From the human T2T-CHM13v2.0 reference genome, Homo sapiens, in assembly GCF_009914755.1 (NCBI RefSeq), contig NC_060937.1: a DNA stretch of 64,000 bases; one strand, written 5' to 3'. Made by a program: the position numbers and the translations under genes. Positions 13,115 through 27,314 of the stretch are shown in pieces; the first letter of the stretch is position 1, and the number at the start of each line of letters is the position of its first letter. Under the pieces are notes generated by a model that made no database searches, was not told the origin of the DNA, and saw only the letters and a program-made list of their open reading frames with translations.

Positions 13115-13698
13115 CTGAAATCCATCAGATAAATGAAAAGAATTATACAACATGGGAAGTACAAAAGATTAATTTCTTGTTATTTATCAAAAAATGTTAA
13201 TGTTCATGGAATTAATGAAGTATTTAAGTATCATTTATTTATACATGATAGTCACAATTAACTTCTGTTACATGATACTCAGGCTCTTGAGAGTTTATGA
13301 CATTAGCAATCATTTAGTGATAAAGTATAAATCTGAAGAATTTCTGAAGGAGCTAACGCAACATTTTTTTGCCAAAAAATAAAAAATATTTGTATCTTAC
13401 ATCTTAGCAAATCTTAGAAGCTGTTTTGAAGAAACCATTCAAAATTTTAGGTATAAAGACAAGATTGTGATTTTACTTATATTAGTACAAGCTTGGAAAT
13501 ATAAAAGAAAAACTAATTAAATATTGCAACTTAAACTATACAATAGAAATCGTATATTATGCACCCATTAAATATTTGTTTAGACATTTCAAAATGTATA
13601 TAGTTATTGTTTCTAAATAATAGGGATTATGAATGGATATTACAAAAATGCCTTCATTGTATGTGCTCCTTGTAGAAAAGTCAAAAATGAGAAAGTTA

Positions 13699-13990
13699 GG
13701 TAGAGTGCAGTGGCTCATGCTTGTAATTCCAACACTTTGAGAGGCCAAGAAGGGCAGATCACTTGCACTCAGGAGTTCAAGACATGCCTGGGCAACATGA
13801 CGAAACCACGTCTCTACAAAACATTAGCCAGGTGTGGTGGTGCACACCTCTAGTCCTAGCTACCCAGGAGGCTGAGGTGGGAGGATCACTTGAGCCCAGG
13901 AGATGGAGGCTGCAGTGAGCCATGATCAAGCCACCATACTCCAGCCTGGGCGACAGAGTAAGACCCTGCCTCACATAATAATAATTATTA
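13699..13990 (+). mobile_element. AluJ
   Basis: Dimeric Alu with J diagnostics (GGAGGATCACTTGAGCCCAGGAG, GGCTGCAGTGAGCCATGATC, AGACCCTG); (TAA)n tail. Confidence 0.95.
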
Positions 13991-14302
13991 TTATAGTAAA
14001 GATAAATAATTTTGCTAACTTTGGTATGTAAAATGATAAGTGATATTGAATGAACTATTAATAGGGCTATGGATGAAGAACTGAAATGTGGAGGGGTATG
14101 GCTGAAATATCCAGGTTAAATTAAAGTCCCATTGTAATAACTAACATACTAGGTTCTAACGTGAGGTTACAGTATAAAGGGGTTACCTGTCTCTGTTACT
14201 ATGTTTTATGGTGACCCCAGGTCTTATAAGGAGATCATAGAACCAATGTAAAATATTATTGCATCACTCCCAGTGTCCCTCTAAAATATCAGAAACATTT
14301 AC

Positions 14303-14581
14303 CTGCATTCACTTTCAGACTTGTGAGTTAATGACATGTGAGACTAGCTCATGCAGATTTTCTAAGATTATATGCTTGAAAATGGCAATGTGTGGGCAAC
14401 GGGATATTCCCCACTAATTATTCAGATATTTCAACACTTTCAGCTCTTTCTCTGATAAGGCCTAAAGCTGTTGGGTATATATTAACAGTTTCTGGCATCA
14501 GTTTGCAAGAAATATTACCATTTCACTACATTAGGTATTTTCGTGTTAACATTTTATATTGTAAAGCTAACTATAATTTGG
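14303..14581 (-). pseudogene. Pseudo-exon, post-vWA helical region of module 2 (279 nt)
   Basis: Acceptor T10-GCTATCAG|C, donor CAG|GTAAAT; AKL*LALQYKMLTRKY resembles the LSLxYxL(T/S) motif that follows vWA in VIT-vWA proteins. Confidence 0.55.
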
Positions 14582-14783
14582 CTGATAGCAAAAAAAAAAC
14601 AGTTATTGTTATAATTTTGTTTATTCACAAAATTCATTTTTATTAAATAGCATAAAGTGACTATAAAGACATTTCTTATCTATTTAAATAGCTTTTCTCT
14701 CTCTAAGCAATCAACCTATCATGAGCACATCAACAACTGAACTCTTTATTTTCTGGATAGTCAAGAAAAATTAAATATCTCAC

Positions 14784-14952
14784 CTGTGTCATTTGCATTA
14801 ACAATATCTGCCATGCCTCCTAACATGTGGGAAGTGTATTCATTGCCTTATAAAACTTCTTTTTAACCCCTTCAAATTAAGTTGACATTAGCAGTTGATG
14901 GTAATGATGTCACCAAAATGTCAACATTTGACCCAACACCCTAATGTTTTCT
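14784..14952 (-). pseudogene. Pseudo-exon (169 nt)
   Basis: Acceptor TTCTCTCTTTTTGTTGTAG|A, donor CAG|GTGAGA; ...SHMLGGMADIVNANDT ends phase 1, in frame with the exon at 14581. Confidence 0.55.
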
Positions 14953-15429
14953 CTACAACAAAAAGAGAGAATTCAACCTGGAAAAATATTGAAATTCCAG
15001 CTGGAAGAATGCTTAGAGTCTACTTTTCACAATATATACTTTCAAGTTTGCCTCAAGAATAAAATGCCAATAATGCAAACAAAAACGGTCAAAAGTATTA
15101 TTCCTTTTTTTCTTTTTGTAAAAGAATATGACCAGTAATTGATTTAAACATTTGGATATAAATTTGCCAAATTGCTACTTTGTGTCCAACTAAAAGAGTA
15201 GCTAAGTCTCTGACAGCTTTCTATATATAGCTTTTTCCACAAACCCAATAAACTATAACCAATATGCATTTATTGTTATTTCATTAGCACCAATTTGTTT
15301 GAAGTCAAAAATTGCATCTGCACTATGTTGTAGCACCATTTACCTGTTTGTGTTAATCCCAGTTAAAAATAAATATTAAACATTTCTTAAAATATATTTT
15401 CTTTAAAATTATTTAATTAATTAAATTAT

Positions 15430-15810
15430 TCTTTATTTATTCAACCAGTAATTATTTTGTAAAAAATGCAATTTTGCCCGGTGGTTGTAGTGGAGAGGGA
15501 AGAAATGCAAAATGAATGAGATAAAGCCCTTTCATGGACAAGCTCATAAAGCAGGGATGGGGGAGGCAGATTACAATGTACTAAATTCCATGCAAGCAAT
15601 ATTCACAGAGTGCTCTGGGACCTTACATCCTAAGGAAGTCGAGAGTATCCCCAGGGAAGGGAACACTTTAGCTTGTCTCAGAAGATGAATAGGGCTTTTC
15701 TACAGGCAGAGAAGAAGAAAGTGGAGGGGTTTGATAGCAAAGGGGAAACCTTAAAAGAATATGCTATATCAGGGAAAAGTTAAAACTTGAGTATGGTTGG
15801 TATACAGACC
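15430..15810 (-). mobile_element. L2 fragment
   Basis: Degenerate L2 3' region (TTTATTCAACC...GCCCTTTCATGGACAAGCTCA...CAGGGAAGGGAACAC). Confidence 0.6.
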
Positions 15811-15999
15811 ACTTGCTTGATATTAAATGATATAACTGCCTTTACGTTGGGCTGTTTTATATAGGAATTAGAATTGCGTCTGTTTTCTAAAAGTAAGGCT
15901 GTCTGGTCCTATTAGGGTCTCTTCAAATCGCTTCAGGAGAAACTCTTCCCTTATTCAATGTGTTGTGGCCACAAATTTGTTTGGAAATACTAGTTAAGT

Positions 16000-16365
16000 T
16001 CATGAAGCTTTTGAGATTTTAAGCTGGCTGTTTCTTTTGATTGGAACCCTATTCTTCTGACTGTTCACATTTGGTTCTTTCTCATCATTGAATCTCAACT
16101 TACAAGCCATCTCAGTAGCAACTATATTACTCTTTCTCACATAACCATACTGCATTTTCTTCATAGCAGCCATCACTTTTTGAAATTTTCATGTCTATTT
16201 CTTATGTACCTGTCTATTGCTTGTCCTATTTACCTAATTAAGGATATAAAATTCTTAAAGCAAGAAACAAGCCTATTAATACACCCTAAAACTGTCACAT
16301 ACAAAGGAGAGTTAGGTACATAGTAGGAATTACATAAATTACTTAAACAAAATAGTGAATGATAC
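16000..16365 (+). mobile_element. L2 3' end
   Basis: GGCTGTTTCTTTTGATTGGAAC...TTTTCTTCATAGCA...GGTACATAGTAGG...GTGAATGA. Confidence 0.6.
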
Positions 16366-16459
16366 AAAAGGAAAAACAAATGCAATGTATACATTCTAAG
16401 AGCGGTCAATCAAATAATAACTGCATTTAATATGTCAGCAATCAACATAGCATTCTCAC

Positions 16460-16863
16460 CCAATGGCTTCTTAAGATTGGACTTCATCAAGGAGCACATG
16501 GTACAAGAGAATGAATAGACCATGGGAAAAGAGAAGGATGACCTACATTTTGCAAATGTGGTTAAATGAGTCAGTATAATAGGTGTATTAATATTTATTT
16601 TCTTTTACTTGTACCCAAAGGTGGATGAGCCCTGGTGATGCTGAGTTTATATTTACTTTATCTGTATCACGGAATATGTAAGATTCAAATGAGAAATAAA
16701 TGTTAAAAGTATCATAAAATGTAAGAGATTGAATTTTTTTGCCTTCCTGTAGTAAAAGAAATAAAATATAGATCCTTGTGTAATAGAAAGAAAAACAATT
16801 TAAGATACCAATTAAATAGACTACCACTGGTATATTTTCCATTACCATCTGGTTCTTCTCAGT
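16460..16863 (-). pseudogene. Pseudo-exon, vWA domain 2
   Basis: Acceptor TTATTGTTTTTCTGACTAAATTCACAG|A in frame with ORF 16588..16848: PVVVYLIGILNC...QSLTFYDTFNIYFSFESYIF...VNINSA, then VILLFSHG in a shifted frame; donor TGG|GTGAGA. Confidence 0.6.
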
Positions 16864-17499
16864 CTGTGAATTTAGTCAGAAAAACAATAAGTAACAGAAT
16901 TATAAGAAATAGATCTTTTGTTGATCTTCAGAAAAAATGATTGTATCATGATGAACACAGTGTTCTTTTTTAAATGTCACACATAATTGTGCATAGCCAG
17001 AGTAAATGAGCCAGTAAATGGGCTGGTATTAATAATTATACTGACATGCATGCAATTTCAATATTGACTAATAAGATGATTGATAATTTTCAGATAATTA
17101 AATTTAAAATTATGAAAGAACTTTAAGTGTGACTCGTAGATTTTATAATGTTTAATTAAGTACACGTTAAATGTAGCAATAAGTTCATCAGTAAAATTTT
17201 GTAAATAAATATGCAAAGTAAAACAATTTCAACAAGAATATTAGTATCATAGGGCTTTAAATGTCATTATTTTTTAAAATAACGAGTATTTTTTATTACC
17301 CTTGTTTTTCATTTTGCTTGACTTCATACTTCCATTAAGCTACAGAATTAATTAAGCTTTTAATCCTACTTACAAAAGCCTTTCCGAAGCTCTATCAATA
17401 TGAATTTCGAAACAACTCAAGAAAACAGCCTAGAATTTTTTAAGCTAGAAGAAGAAAAAGAAATAAAAGGAGAAAACAGCCACATCCAGGAGGACCCTA

Positions 17500-17760
17500 A
17501 GAAGTTATAAGTATTAAATGTGATGTGGTATCCTGGACGAAATCCTGGAACTGAAAAAGGATAATAGGAAAAACTGAGGAAATCCAAATACATTATGGAC
17601 TTTAGTTAATTTTAATGTATAATTATTGGTTCATTAATTGTGCCAAATGTACCATATTAATGTAGAGTAAACTAGGGGCACATATGAATTTAGTACTATA
17701 TTTGCAACAATTTTGTAAATCTAAACTGTTGTAAAATTTGAAGTTTATTAAACACATATA
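17500..17760 (+). mobile_element. L1M (L1MC/ME-type) 3' UTR fragment
   Basis: TGTGGTATCCTGGA...ATCCTGGAAC...GTACTATATTTGCAAC...TTTGTAAATCTAAA. Confidence 0.75.
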
Positions 17761-17974
17761 AGAGAAAAAACTACATGTGAATTTAAAAATCATTCTAATG
17801 CTGTCTACAGGCCAAAAATAGGAATTGTTTACAAGCAAAGAACATTGGAACCACTTTGCCAATGGATAGCAGGCACATATTATTAGAATTTTGAAAATTA
17901 ATATAATACTTTTGGCTTCAAAAGCTACCAACATGCATGCACATATGTTATATGTTAAATACGTTTCTATAAGG

Positions 17975-18560
17975 GCCCTAGATTGCCCCTGCTGAGTTAT
18001 ATACCTTATGATTTATCCGAGCCTGGGCTTCAACTGATTAGATTAGGTGTATAAACCTGATCAAGGAAAATTGATCCATATTCTGGCCAGTAAACTAGGG
18101 CTGCGACCTGGTTCAAAAATACAAGCAGAATCAGAAAACTCCCTCTCTCAGAGAAAAATTTGACTGAAATAACAGATGATATTTGCCAGCTTTCAGTAGT
18201 GGCAAAAATAATGCACCCTGTGTTGTCATGATGGGAAAGAACCTGGGGTAATCATTATGGGAAATGAATGAGAAGAGTAATCAAGAGAACCTAAATGAAA
18301 GAAAGAGGGAAATGAATAAATTGAAGAAACCAGCTGGGCATCCACAGAGATGAGAAATGGGAAAGAAAGAGAGAAAAGGAAACAATAAGCAGACTCTGCC
18401 CTCGAGAGAACGGCATCCTCTTCTAATAGCTCTCCAGTTTTCTCCTTTGGACTCAGTAAGGTCTGGCTGTATTTTTATTTCTGTCTTGGACTCATTTTCT
18501 TAGAATAAATCCTTCATTTCTAGAGCAAGTAGAAGTTAGCTCTTATACCTACAGTAAAAA
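17975..18560 (+). mobile_element. Old ERVL/MaLR-type LTR (highly diverged)
   Basis: LTR-like layout with purine-rich middle and AATAAATCC near the 3' end; subfamily unclear. Confidence 0.35.
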
Positions 18561-19169
18561 ACAAACAAACAAACAAACAAAAAACACCTAAGACATACTT
18601 CAGGTTACACAAGCCGCTAGCACCCCCTATTAAACCTACTCTGTAGCTGTCATGCTTCTTCTTTTCCACTTTCACTAGCTGTTTCTGGCTTCTCTCAGAA
18701 CCAAAATGACATTATTTCCAATATTTGATCAAAGCCTTTAAAATGCTGTTTACACTTGTAACATTACAGTGGTTCAAAAATTATACTATCCCCTATCCCT
18801 TGAATTATTTTTAAATAATTCTGTCATAAAACAACTTCCTTGTTACCATGTATCTTGGTGTCAAAGATAAAAATCACAAAGCTGTAGGCTTGTGTAGTGA
18901 GCCTTCTTCAACATTATCAATGTGAAGATTAAGTACATTAATTAAGTGATTACATTTAGTCCCTAAGTCTATGCTTATTAATGTTTTAAAGATTTTCAAT
19001 AAGAAGATAAATAAACACAAGATAAGTTGATAGACATCAATCTCATCACAATAAATATGAATGCGTTAATAAAATCCAAAAATGGTCCAACTGCAAACAC
19101 TCCAGCTTTGTACTATTTTCACTAGAACAATAGGGATACAGCTAGAGTGAAAGGAGAAGATACACCACT

Positions 19170-19615
19170 TGTAGCAAATAATGTCAGCAGGAACTACTTC
19201 AAATATAATCTCTCAGTTTTTCTTAGCAACTGAACACTGATTTTCTTCAAATGGCAATCTGTCAAACTTAAAACTGCATTTTCCAGGCTGCCTTGTGGTA
19301 GGTGTAGCTAATGAAGCATAAACTGTGGTTTCAAGGAACTCTCTTTAATAGAGGATCGGTCAATTGGAAGGAAGACCTATTTTGTACTTATTCCCATTTT
19401 CCCTCCATGATGTCTGGAATGTGAACATGAGGTAAAGTTAAAAATTAAAGCACTGTGCTAAAAATGACATAAGAAAAAGAGATAAGGAACTTTGCTCCAT
19501 GGGCTGTCATTTCTGAGCTGTCTCCAGACTTCTTTTATAGAAGAGAAAAAAGCAGCCTTACAGTTCAGTTTGGCTGTTTGGTTACATGTAGCGGTACTAA
19601 ATCCTACGTGGCATA
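19170..19615 (+). mobile_element. MLT1 (old MaLR) LTR
   Basis: CTGCATTTTCCAGGCTGCCTTG...TCTCCAGACTTCTTTTA...GTTACATGTAGC. Confidence 0.6.
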
Positions 19616-19659
19616 TCACAGAAATAATAATCAAAAGAATGTTGGTGTGACTAATTATG

Positions 19660-20149
19660 ACCAGATTATTTCAGTAATCTGTGGAAGATTAATAAGTAAT
19701 CTCTAAAAAGCAGTTTAAAATGTTATGCTTTAGATTCTGTGGGTCAGTAATTCAAACAATGCATCGAGACTACCTGTCTCTGATTCTCAGTGTCTGGGGG
19801 GGCCCTAGCTGGAAAGATTCAAAGTCTGGGGTTGATTCAATGGCAAAGAATAGATATCATCTGGCTGTTGGCCAGAAAACCTGCATGTGGCCTCTCTATG
19901 TAGTATCTCATGTTCTTTAGTTAGGGCTTCCTCACAACATGGCAGCTCAGTAGAAACGTTATTGCCTTTTACTATCTAGTTTCAGATGGCACATAGTGTT
20001 ACTTCCCCCTTAATCACAAGTTTCCCAGGTTCAAGAGGTGGGAACAAAGACCCATCTCTCAATGGAAGGAGAGTCAAATCATATTGTAAAAAGAGTCTAT
20101 AAGATAGGAGATGTCATTGCAGTCATCTTTCCAAGATAGACTCTTCCAC
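19660..20149 (-). mobile_element. MLT1 (MaLR) LTR
   Basis: TTCTGTGGGTCAG...GGGCTTCCTCACAACATGGCAGC...CCCAGGTTCAAGAGG...TCTTCCACA. Confidence 0.7.
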
Positions 20150-20984
20150 ACAGAGAAAATAGATAAATAACGTTACAATGTAGTCATGAAATATTCAATT
20201 CACTAGGAAGATATGTAATTTAAGTCTGCATACATAAAATAATATAGCTTCAACATATGCGAAACAAAACTAATGAAAACCACATGAAAAACTTTACAAA
20301 CCCAACATCATAATAGGAGTGTTTAATATCTCTCAGTATAATTATAGATCAGATAGAAAAATCTGTAAGAATATCAGAGATGTAACACAATTAACAGGAT
20401 TTTTAAAAATGACAGATATAGGGAATAAACACAATTGTAGAGAATGAATTTTTTTTCAGAAATTTTAGGGAATGAACATTTTAGGGAATGAACTTCACAA
20501 TTTTAGGGAATGAACTTTCTTTTCAAAGGCTGGACACATACCAGGGTATAAGGCAATCTCAACAAATTTAAATAAATCTGTATAACTCACATCATGTACT
20601 CTAATTGCAAAGTAATTAAGCCTGAAGTAAATAACACAAAGGGAGTTAAAAAATAAGATGTCACCAGGTTATAAATTTGTAATACACCCATAATTTAGAA
20701 GTATTCATTGGTCAAGGAAAACATTCTTTAGAAAAATTAAAAATAACTGAAAAATAATAAAATATCACATATCAACATTTTGTGATTCAGCTAAAGTGAT
20801 ATTTAAAGAAAATGTATACACTGAAAATCTGGTGCAAAAGAAAGGACAAAAATTAGGGAGATAAGTCATCTAACAGATACAAGAGGCAACACAATAATAC
20901 AATATACAACACAATCGATACAAGAGACTACACAATAAAAACATAAAGAAAATAAACATGATAAAAGAAGCAATTGGTGAATTG

Positions 20985-21982
20985 CTATATAATATTGCTA
21001 TACAATAATATATAATAAATTATATTTATATAATAAAATATATATTTATATAATTATATATATTTTTATTATATTTATATATATTTATATAACAAAATGT
21101 ATATAATATATTTATATATATGTTAGATATTATAATATTGTATTATATATTGTATTATATATTATACATTATAATATATTGTATTATATATTATAATATC
21201 ATATAATATATTGTATTATAATATATATTATAATATATTGTATTATAATGTATTATATATTATAATATATTATATATTATAATATATTGTATTATATATT
21301 ATAATATGTTATATATTATATTATAATATATTGTATTATATATTATAATATATTGTATAATATATTATATTATATATTATAATATATTGTATTATATATT
21401 ATAATATATTATATATTATATTATAATATATTGTATTATATATTATATTATATATTATAATATATTGTATTATATATTATAATATATTATAATATATTAT
21501 ATATTATAATGTATTATATATTATATTATATATTATATTATATATTATAATATATTGTATTATATATTATAATATGTTATATATTATATTGTATTATATA
21601 TTATATATTAAAATATATGATAACATTATATATAATATATATAATATAATATATAATATGTATTTAATACATAATATATAATATATATTTAATACAGAAT
21701 ATATATTATCTATAATATAGATAATATATATTATATTATCTATATTATAGATAATATATATTATATAATATATATTATCTATAATATATATTATCTATAA
21801 TATAATATTATAATGTATATATAATATATAATATATATAATATATAATATATACTGTATATTATATATACATATATACATTATATATTATATATTATGTA
21901 TAATATATATATCATAATATATAATAATATATATAATATATAAAAATATATATAATAATATATAATAATATATAATAATATA
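20985..21982. repeat. ~1 kb A/T-rich complex microsatellite (TATAT, TATAA, ATATTGT units)
   Basis: Directly visible; almost no G or C. Confidence 0.97.
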
Positions 21983-22086
21983 GTGGGAAAGATGTAATGA
22001 ATCATTAGAATTGTAAAAACTATTACAAAATCATCAACCTGTGCCAAGATTAATACAAAAATAGAATTGCAAAAGTTATCTCTCAC

Positions 22087-22119
<33 letters not shown>
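22087..22119. repeat. (TG)n(AG)n microsatellite
   Basis: Directly visible. Confidence 0.95.
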
Positions 22120-22120
<1 letters not shown>

Positions 22121-24599
22121 GGGGAGGGAAGGATGGATGGAGGAAGAGAAAAAAATGAAAAAAGGGTATCTATAGATACAGCAGAAATCAAACTGTAAAT
22201 AAACTATTATAATTTGATAGCAAAAATTTAGAGAAAGTTAAGCAAAATAAACTTATTCTTATAAAAATATATATTCAAGAGGATATATAAATCTGAATAA
22301 TTCTATAACTGTTAAAAATTAAATTGTTAAAAAATCACTCTACAAAAATCACCAGGCTCATATATAGAATATTACTGAAAAACATTACAGAATACCTAAA
22401 TGATGATATATCATTTCTCCTTAAATATGTCTATTGAGTAAATTAAGTTCTAATTAAAATCTCAAGATTTTCATGTGTGTTCTTTTGTCTTTCTTTGAGA
22501 CAACTTGGTATGTTGATTCAAAATGTTAATGGGAATAAAAAGAATCAAGAATAGCCAAGAGCCTCCTGAAGAAAACAAACTGGACAAAATTTCATTAACA
22601 GCTGGCAAGATTTACATAAACTAAAGTAATAAAATAAGAATGGACCTGGACACAAGAAGAACAAATTGACAATGGGGCAGACAAAATACAGCATTACAGA
22701 TCACTGTCAAAGAATGGGATATCCAACTGGTGTTGGGACATTTGGCTATTTACATGAGAAGAATTGAATGCCTATCTCATTCATTCATAAAAGTTAATTT
22801 CCAAAGATAATAAGAAACTCGATATCACTTCAGAAAAAAAAAAGATTTCTAGCTACAAAATCCAAACCATAAAGAAAATATTGATGAAGTCTAATAATTT
22901 GAGAATTTCTATTAACCAAAAGGTGCTAAAAAGGGAGACTAAAGAGAAAAATCCATAAACTGTGGTGTTTTGGCAAGTTATATGCAAAGGCTTAGTATCA
23001 ACACTAGATAGAGGACTACTATAAGTAGAGTAAACACAAATAACTTGGAAGAAGAAAAGGGCAGAAATCTTGTTCTTAGAAGAAAATAAATGGCCTTTAA
23101 GCGTTTGAAAATGTTATCAACCTTATTTGGAAACAAAAAAATGCAAATTAAAACCACAATGATATTGCCACAACATGGGCAAAAAAATTTAAAAATGCAC
23201 ATCCAATTTTAATATGAATGAAGAACAACAGGAAATTTCATCTGATAATTCTCATACAAAGCTGGTAGAGATATTAATACATACAACCTATTTTGAAAAC
23301 AATTGAGCATTGTATAAATGAAGTGGAAGATCTATAAACTCTAAGAACCACCAATTCTACTTGCATGTGTGTGCCAAGAAATAGATACAGAAATTTTTAT
23401 AGTAGCATTGTTTAAAATAGCAGAAAAAGACAGTAACCTAAAAGTCTTCATAGTAACATGGAAAAATAAAAATGGAACATGGAAAAAAACGCACTATACA
23501 GTAATGTTTATTACTGAATTACAACCACATATTATGACTGAATTCAGCAAGTCAAAATGATTTTAAAAAGCAAGTCATAGGAGAGTATATACAGCACAAT
23601 CTGATTTATATCAAGCCAAAAACATGTGAAACCAAGTGACATGTTATTTAGGGATAGCTACATACATGGTAAAACTATAAAGAAAATGTGGGGAATAATA
23701 TACATAACATTCATATTGGCAGGTACCTGTGTGAAAGGGTAGCAGGGAATATCCTGGGGAAGGGGCTTACAGAGGCTACAAAGTTCTTAGTGGATAGATT
23801 GATATTTCTTTTTTTTATTATTCCTTATGCCTTACAAATTTGCATCAACCAAGTATTTTATTATAAAAATTATATTTGCCTCCAGGCATCAATAATTTCA
23901 TTAAAGTAATGGCTGTGTTCTCACACTGGAAATATACCCTTAATGAAATGACCAAATAAGTACAAATTTACCTGCTTCCTGGTTTACACTTTCCTACTCA
24001 GCTTTTACATCGGTTTTCACAGAATATGGAACTAATAATGATTGAAATTAAAGCAAACATAATTTTCTATTTTTTTTGATAACTTCGTATTCCTCTGAAT
24101 TGAAACAATATAGACATAAATTCTAGAAAATGCATGCAACATTATATACATATATAGACATTGTTAAAATTAGGGATCAGATATATACAATGTTTGAAAT
24201 ATGGTATAAAGTATAGAAATATAGAATATTTTATAGAGTATAATTATAAAACAATAATGCAAATATATGCTCCCAATTAACACAAATATGTATATAATTT
24301 TTGCAATACTGTTTTGGTTTAAACGACCTGTCGATAAGATTTTTACAATCCCTATATCCTGGGAATACAAAGTATAATGCACTTTTCTAATACACTACAA
24401 TGTATTTTTGTCTGCAGAGAACATGATTTTATATTTATGAGATAACAAGAAGGAATTGCCTTTTCTTTCATCTCTGTTCATCGTTTTTTTTTTTTTTTTC
24501 ATCTAGAGGATGGTGAGTATAGTTAGTTCTGATAATAGAAATTATGGGAAAGCTAGAAGTGAAGTGGACAGTGCAGTAGTACTAGCTAATCTCACATAC

Positions 24600-24995
24600 C
24601 AGCCATAGATGAAGAAAAGACTGGTACTTTAGAACTATAGTCCATTAGCTGAGCAAGTTGGAGCTGATGGGGGACTAACAGCATTGACATAAGCAGGTCA
24701 GAGTGCTCTGCTAGGGCCTTCCAAATTGTAACAAGGAATTACATGAACAGGGCCACATGCCCCTTCCAGAGCAAAGATAGGGGCTGGAGAAATAGCCCAC
24801 GGCAAATAGACTTGTGAATCATTTTTACCTATTGTACCTAAGTAAGCTAAGAAACAGTCATCTAGATCTTTTCTACTGAAAATATTCAGAGCCATAATTA
24901 AAACAGAAAAGGAATAATTGCTGTCCTCCATTAAAACCTCAAAGGATTGAAAGTGATGGAATACTGGCAATGATATCTATTTATTTATATGAATA
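24600..24995 (-). pseudogene. Pseudo-exon, VIT-like domain 2 (396 nt, phase 2/2)
   Basis: CCCTAAAC branch point, TCTTTATTTTCAG|T acceptor, CTG|GTATGT donor; ISLPVFHHFQSFEVLMED...DDCFLAYLGTIGKNDSQVYLPW (contains ORF 24698..24970). Confidence 0.6.
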
Positions 24996-25929
24996 CTGAA
25001 AATAAAGAGTTTAGGGCAGAGTTTACCAAATTAATGTATCTTGGATAATAATAATACTCTAAGTCAATATTTAAAAATACAGGGGTTTAAAGGCCACATA
25101 AGTACATCCAATTGGAACTTTGAGGACATCTTCAAATATTAACTCGAGAATTTCTGTGGTAAAGAAACATATTTACTTTTTCTAAACCAAGAGTGAAAAT
25201 TAACTTGAAAAGTTTTTTTCTCTGTAATACCGACTATTTACAGAAATAGCGTTTAACTATTTGGCTGGTCATTTGGTTTATAACCAGAGGTCTATAAAAG
25301 ACTTGAGGCATGGAGAAGTTTGTAAGAGTCTAATTTTTGAAATCTGACTTCATCTGAATCTGTAACTCTAAGAAGCATAAAGGTAATGTAAGGAAGTAAA
25401 TTTTAAGTTTTATGGAGAGTTGAAGTTTTAATTTTCTGAAAAAGCTTATATTTTCTGAATCCAAATAGGAATGAGTACACACACACACACATACATATGT
25501 GTTGTGCTTTAGTTATTGAAACGAGGATGAATATTATGTGTATATGTGTTTATGTATGCATTATGCTGTATTAGCCACTGTATACATAGATGATGAACAA
25601 GAATGAAGTAGTCCTTGCCCTCATTAATTGCTGTTACAGGAAAAAGATAAATTTAAGTAAGCACAAAATTTTAAAACTCTGAAATTTAATACATATATTA
25701 AAACCTCACTATTAATATTATAAGTAAAGGCAAAATATAGATAAGCAAATTCCCCCAACCCCAGCAGGAGATGGAAACTTAGCAGCCCCCTTCCCACCCA
25801 CATTTGTAAAGTAGGAGGGGGGACTGAGCAGAGAATAGGAATACACTGCAGTTTTATTACATCTAAATTTGGGTTGTGTGGCCTTTCTTCTGTGCAAAAT
25901 AGGAAATAGACATGGGACTCATACAGAAG

Positions 25930-26400
25930 ATAAAAGAGTCAAGGACTACTTTAGATAAATGGTGGCTAAGGAAAGCCTAGCTGAAAATGAGACATTTTTT
26001 CTGAGATGTAATGGAAGAGAAAAATATATTCATGTCTTTGGTAACGGTAAAATGTCGGCAAGAAGCATTCTAGGCAGAGAAAAACACTGATGGTTGGACA
26101 AAGCTTGGCATATTTGAGGCATTAAGAAAATCACTAAGGTGACTAAAGAACTATGACAGAAAAGGCCTGATATGCAGCCCCTAGACAGCTGTAGAAACAA
26201 GTGTGAATTGTATTCTAAGTGCATTGGAAGCCATTGAAAGATTTTAAGCAATTGGATAGCATAATTCCAACTACATTTTTGCTACAAATAGATAATGAAT
26301 TGATGATGGCGAGTATGAAGTCAAACACTACTCTGCAGGCAGTTGCAGCAACCTGGGTAAGAAATAACGGTGGCCTTAACTGAGGGGAGGTCATTAGCTG
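25930..26400 (-). mobile_element. L2 fragment
   Basis: AGCATTCTAGGCAGAG...TATTCTAAGTGCATTGGAAGCCATTGAAAGATTTTAAGCA. Confidence 0.8.
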
Positions 26401-26674
26401 GCAGTTAAAAGAAGATGTATAAAATGGATGGTGGGGCTGTAGGAGTGGGAAGCTAGGAAATCATCTGTGGGAATAGGAAAACAAGCTTACTAGAGAAATA
26501 AAGTTGGGGGGGCCAAGAATATTAATTTGATTGAAACAAAGCAGCTGAATGTTGTGGCATTCTCTATCAATATTTGACTGTTGAGGAGAAGTCATGGAGG
26601 CTGCAATACGGGCTTATCCAGGTTGGAGCTTACTAATGCTGTATGATGAAAGAAGCTAGAGGAAAAAGAATTGA

Positions 26675-26963
<289 letters not shown>

Positions 26964-27314
26964 GAATGGAGAATATTTCTAAGAGAGGTTGACTAGTGCT
27001 GTATGATGAAAGAAACTAGAGGAAAAAGAATCGAGAATATTTCTAACAGAATTGTTGAAGTAAAGTATCTCAGAATCTAGGTGGTCAAAAAGGGAAGAGA
27101 AGCCAGAGGGGGGTGATGGATAGAAAGGAGAGTAATGAATGAGAAAAGAAGTTTCCATGTCTTCACAGTTAAAGATGCATGAAGATATGATAACATAAAA
27201 GCTCCTACTTGAGAAAATTACAAAGGAACAACATTTTTAAGGTTTAATTAAGGCAAAAAAAAAAGTGGAGAAACTGATTTGAGAAGAAGATGTGTATGTT
27301 GGTCAAAGGGATAC

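Larger units (their letters stand above)
20150..23875 (+). mobile_element. Old L1M (L1ME-like) ORF2 and 3' UTR, fragmented and split by simple repeats
   Basis: Collinear ORF2 fragments (GGCAATCTCAACAAATTT, AAGAATAGCCAAG, ATGCAAATTAAAACCACAATGA, TAGCATTGTTT) and a 3' UTR. Confidence 0.8.
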
